DNA of 53,093 nt from an uncultured Myxococcales bacterium (GTDB lineage Bacteria > Myxococcota > Myxococcia > Myxococcales > Myxococcaceae). Positions 52,024 to 53,093 of the stretch are shown here, in pieces. The notes beneath the pieces were generated by a model. It searched no databases. It was not told where the DNA came from and was given only the letters and a program-made list of their open reading frames with translations. Made by a program: the position numbers and the translations under genes. Position 1 is the stretch's first letter, and each line of letters opens with the position of its first letter. The stretch lies in NCBI GenBank assembly GCA_966211295.1, contig CBIHPJ010000001.1, positions 1 through 53,093 of the forward strand, read 5' to 3'.

Positions 52024-53093
52024 ATGGTGCGCATACCCACGGCCACGTACCGCCTGCAGTTGAGTCGGTCGTTCGGGTTCGACGACGCCGCGAAGCTGGT
52101 CCCCTATCTGGATCTGCTCGGCGTCACCGATCTGTACGTGTCACCGATCCTCACCGCGCGTCCTGGCAGCACGGATGGCGCCGACGTGATCGATCACTCG
52201 CGGCTCAATCCCGAGCTCGGCGGCGAAGAGGGCTTCGAGCGACTCAGCCAGGCGCTGAAGAAATACGAGATGGGGTTGATGGTCGACGTGGTGCCGGGCC
52301 ACATGAGCGCGTGCTCACCGCACAACGGCTGGTGGACCGACGTGCTGGAGAACGGACACGCCTCTCCGTTCGCGAGCGCGTTCGACATCGATTGGCACTC
52401 GCCCAGCCCCGGTCTCGCCAATCGCCTGCTGCTCCCGATTCTTCGCGAGCAATACGGACACGTGCTCGAGGCAGGTGAGCTGAAGGTGGAGCATCGATCG
52501 GGCTCGTTCTGGCTCCGCTACCAGGAGCACATGTTGCCCCTCGATCCACGGAGCGGCAGCGTGTTCCTCGAGCGCGCGAGCGAGATCCTCGCGGCGGGCG
52601 ATCCTCCTCACCTGAAGGAACTCCACGCCGTGGTGAAGGGCCTGCGTGCGCTTCCGACTCGCGACGAGCCTTCGGCCGAGCGCATCAGGGAGAGGCTGCA
52701 GAAGAAGCCCGTGTTGCAGGCACGGCTGATGGCGCTGCTCGATCAATGGCCTCCGCTCGGCGGGGCGATCGACGAGGCGCTCCGGGAGCTCAACGGCACT
52801 CCGGGTGAGCCGCGCAGCTTCGATGAGCTCGATGCTTTGCTCTCTGAGCAGGCGTACCGCGTGGCGCACTGGCGCGTCGCTTCAGAGGAGATCAACTACC
52901 GCCGCTTCCGCGACATCAACGAGCTCGCCGGCCTGCGCGTGGAGGAGCGGCGCGTGTTCGATGCAGTGCACGAGGTGATCTTCGATCTCGTGCGCGAGGG
53001 ACACATCACCGGCCTGCGCATCGACGCGGTCGACGGTTTGCTCGATCCCTCCAGCTACTTGCACGCGGTGCAGCACCAGTGCCGGCCGCGCGG
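52024..53093 (+). CDS. treY: Malto-oligosyltrehalose synthase, 5' partial (runs off the window)
   Basis: I translated this myself because it is not in the ORF track (no stop within the window). It reads MVRIPTATYRLQLSRSFGFDDAAKLVPYLDLLGVTDLYVSPIL..NYRRFRDINELAGLRVE..GLRIDAVDGLLDP. Confidence 0.8.
   Translation, partial: MVRIPTATYRLQLSRSFGFDDAAKLVPYLDLLGVTDLYVSPILTARPGSTDGADVIDHSRLNPELGGEEGFERLSQALKKYEMGLMVDVVPGHMSACSPHNGWWTDVLENGHASPFASAFDIDWHSPSPGLANRLLLPILREQYGHVLEAGELKVEHRSGSFWLRYQEHMLPLDPRSGSVFLERASEILAAGDPPHLKELHAVVKGLRALPTRDEPSAERIRERLQKKPVLQARLMALLDQWPPLGGAIDEALRELNGTPGEPRSFDELDALLSEQAYRVAHWRVASEEINYRRFRDINELAGLRVEERRVFDAVHEVIFDLVREGHITGLRIDAVDGLLDPSSYLHAVQHQCRPR

Overview
The window is 53 kb of very GC-rich, densely coding chromosomal DNA. 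I see no rRNA, tRNA, CRISPR array, transposase or integrase. The gene content points to a myxobacterium-like deltaproteobacterium (inference): a PEGA-tailed Ser/Thr kinase, a DUF1552/DUF1592 pair, a collagen-like lipoprotein, Cys-rich lipoproteins and many sigma54-type promoters.

Layout:
- 1-3.9 kb: an MMPL transporter and small genes.
- 4.2-12.1 kb: a tightly translationally coupled assimilatory sulfate-reduction and siroheme operon, cysH(APS type)-sirC-cobA-cysD-cysN::cysJ fusion-cysI.
- 12-23 kb: two orphan genes, a divergent C69/M19-like dipeptidase pair, a ClC channel and a DUF1592(+bulb lectin)/DUF1552 pair.
- 23-38 kb: a stress or dormancy-type block with SDRs, a hybrid histidine kinase, DUF4142, LigD-Ku NHEJ, an FAD/Rieske oxidoreductase, YeaQ/GlsB, DUF748, BrkB/YihY, DUF6496 and a ferritin-like protein.
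- 38.5-41 kb: an AraC regulator divergent from a collagen-like lipoprotein that has two tandem endostatin/DUF1554-like domains.
- 41.2-42.4 kb: an uncharacterised HipA-like kinase + DUF3037 two-gene module.
- 42.4-47.9 kb: small stress genes, a Cys-rich lipoprotein operon and a Ser/Thr kinase.
- 47.9-53 kb: trehalose genes (GH15, fused otsA-otsB, treY, the last partial).

Main signals beyond plain annotation:
1. A set of near-consensus sigma54 -24/-12 promoters sits in front of the stress-type genes, including a back-to-back divergent pair.
2. A palindromic REP-like element family has 11 copies at 9 loci. Two loci are in-frame insertions inside cobA and the cysN::cysJ fusion.
3. The CysN-vestigial CysC-CysJ fusion itself.
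4. The HipA-like/DUF3037 module.
5. The collagen-like protein with endostatin-like domains.

All functional calls come from reading motifs in the supplied translations. No database search was run.
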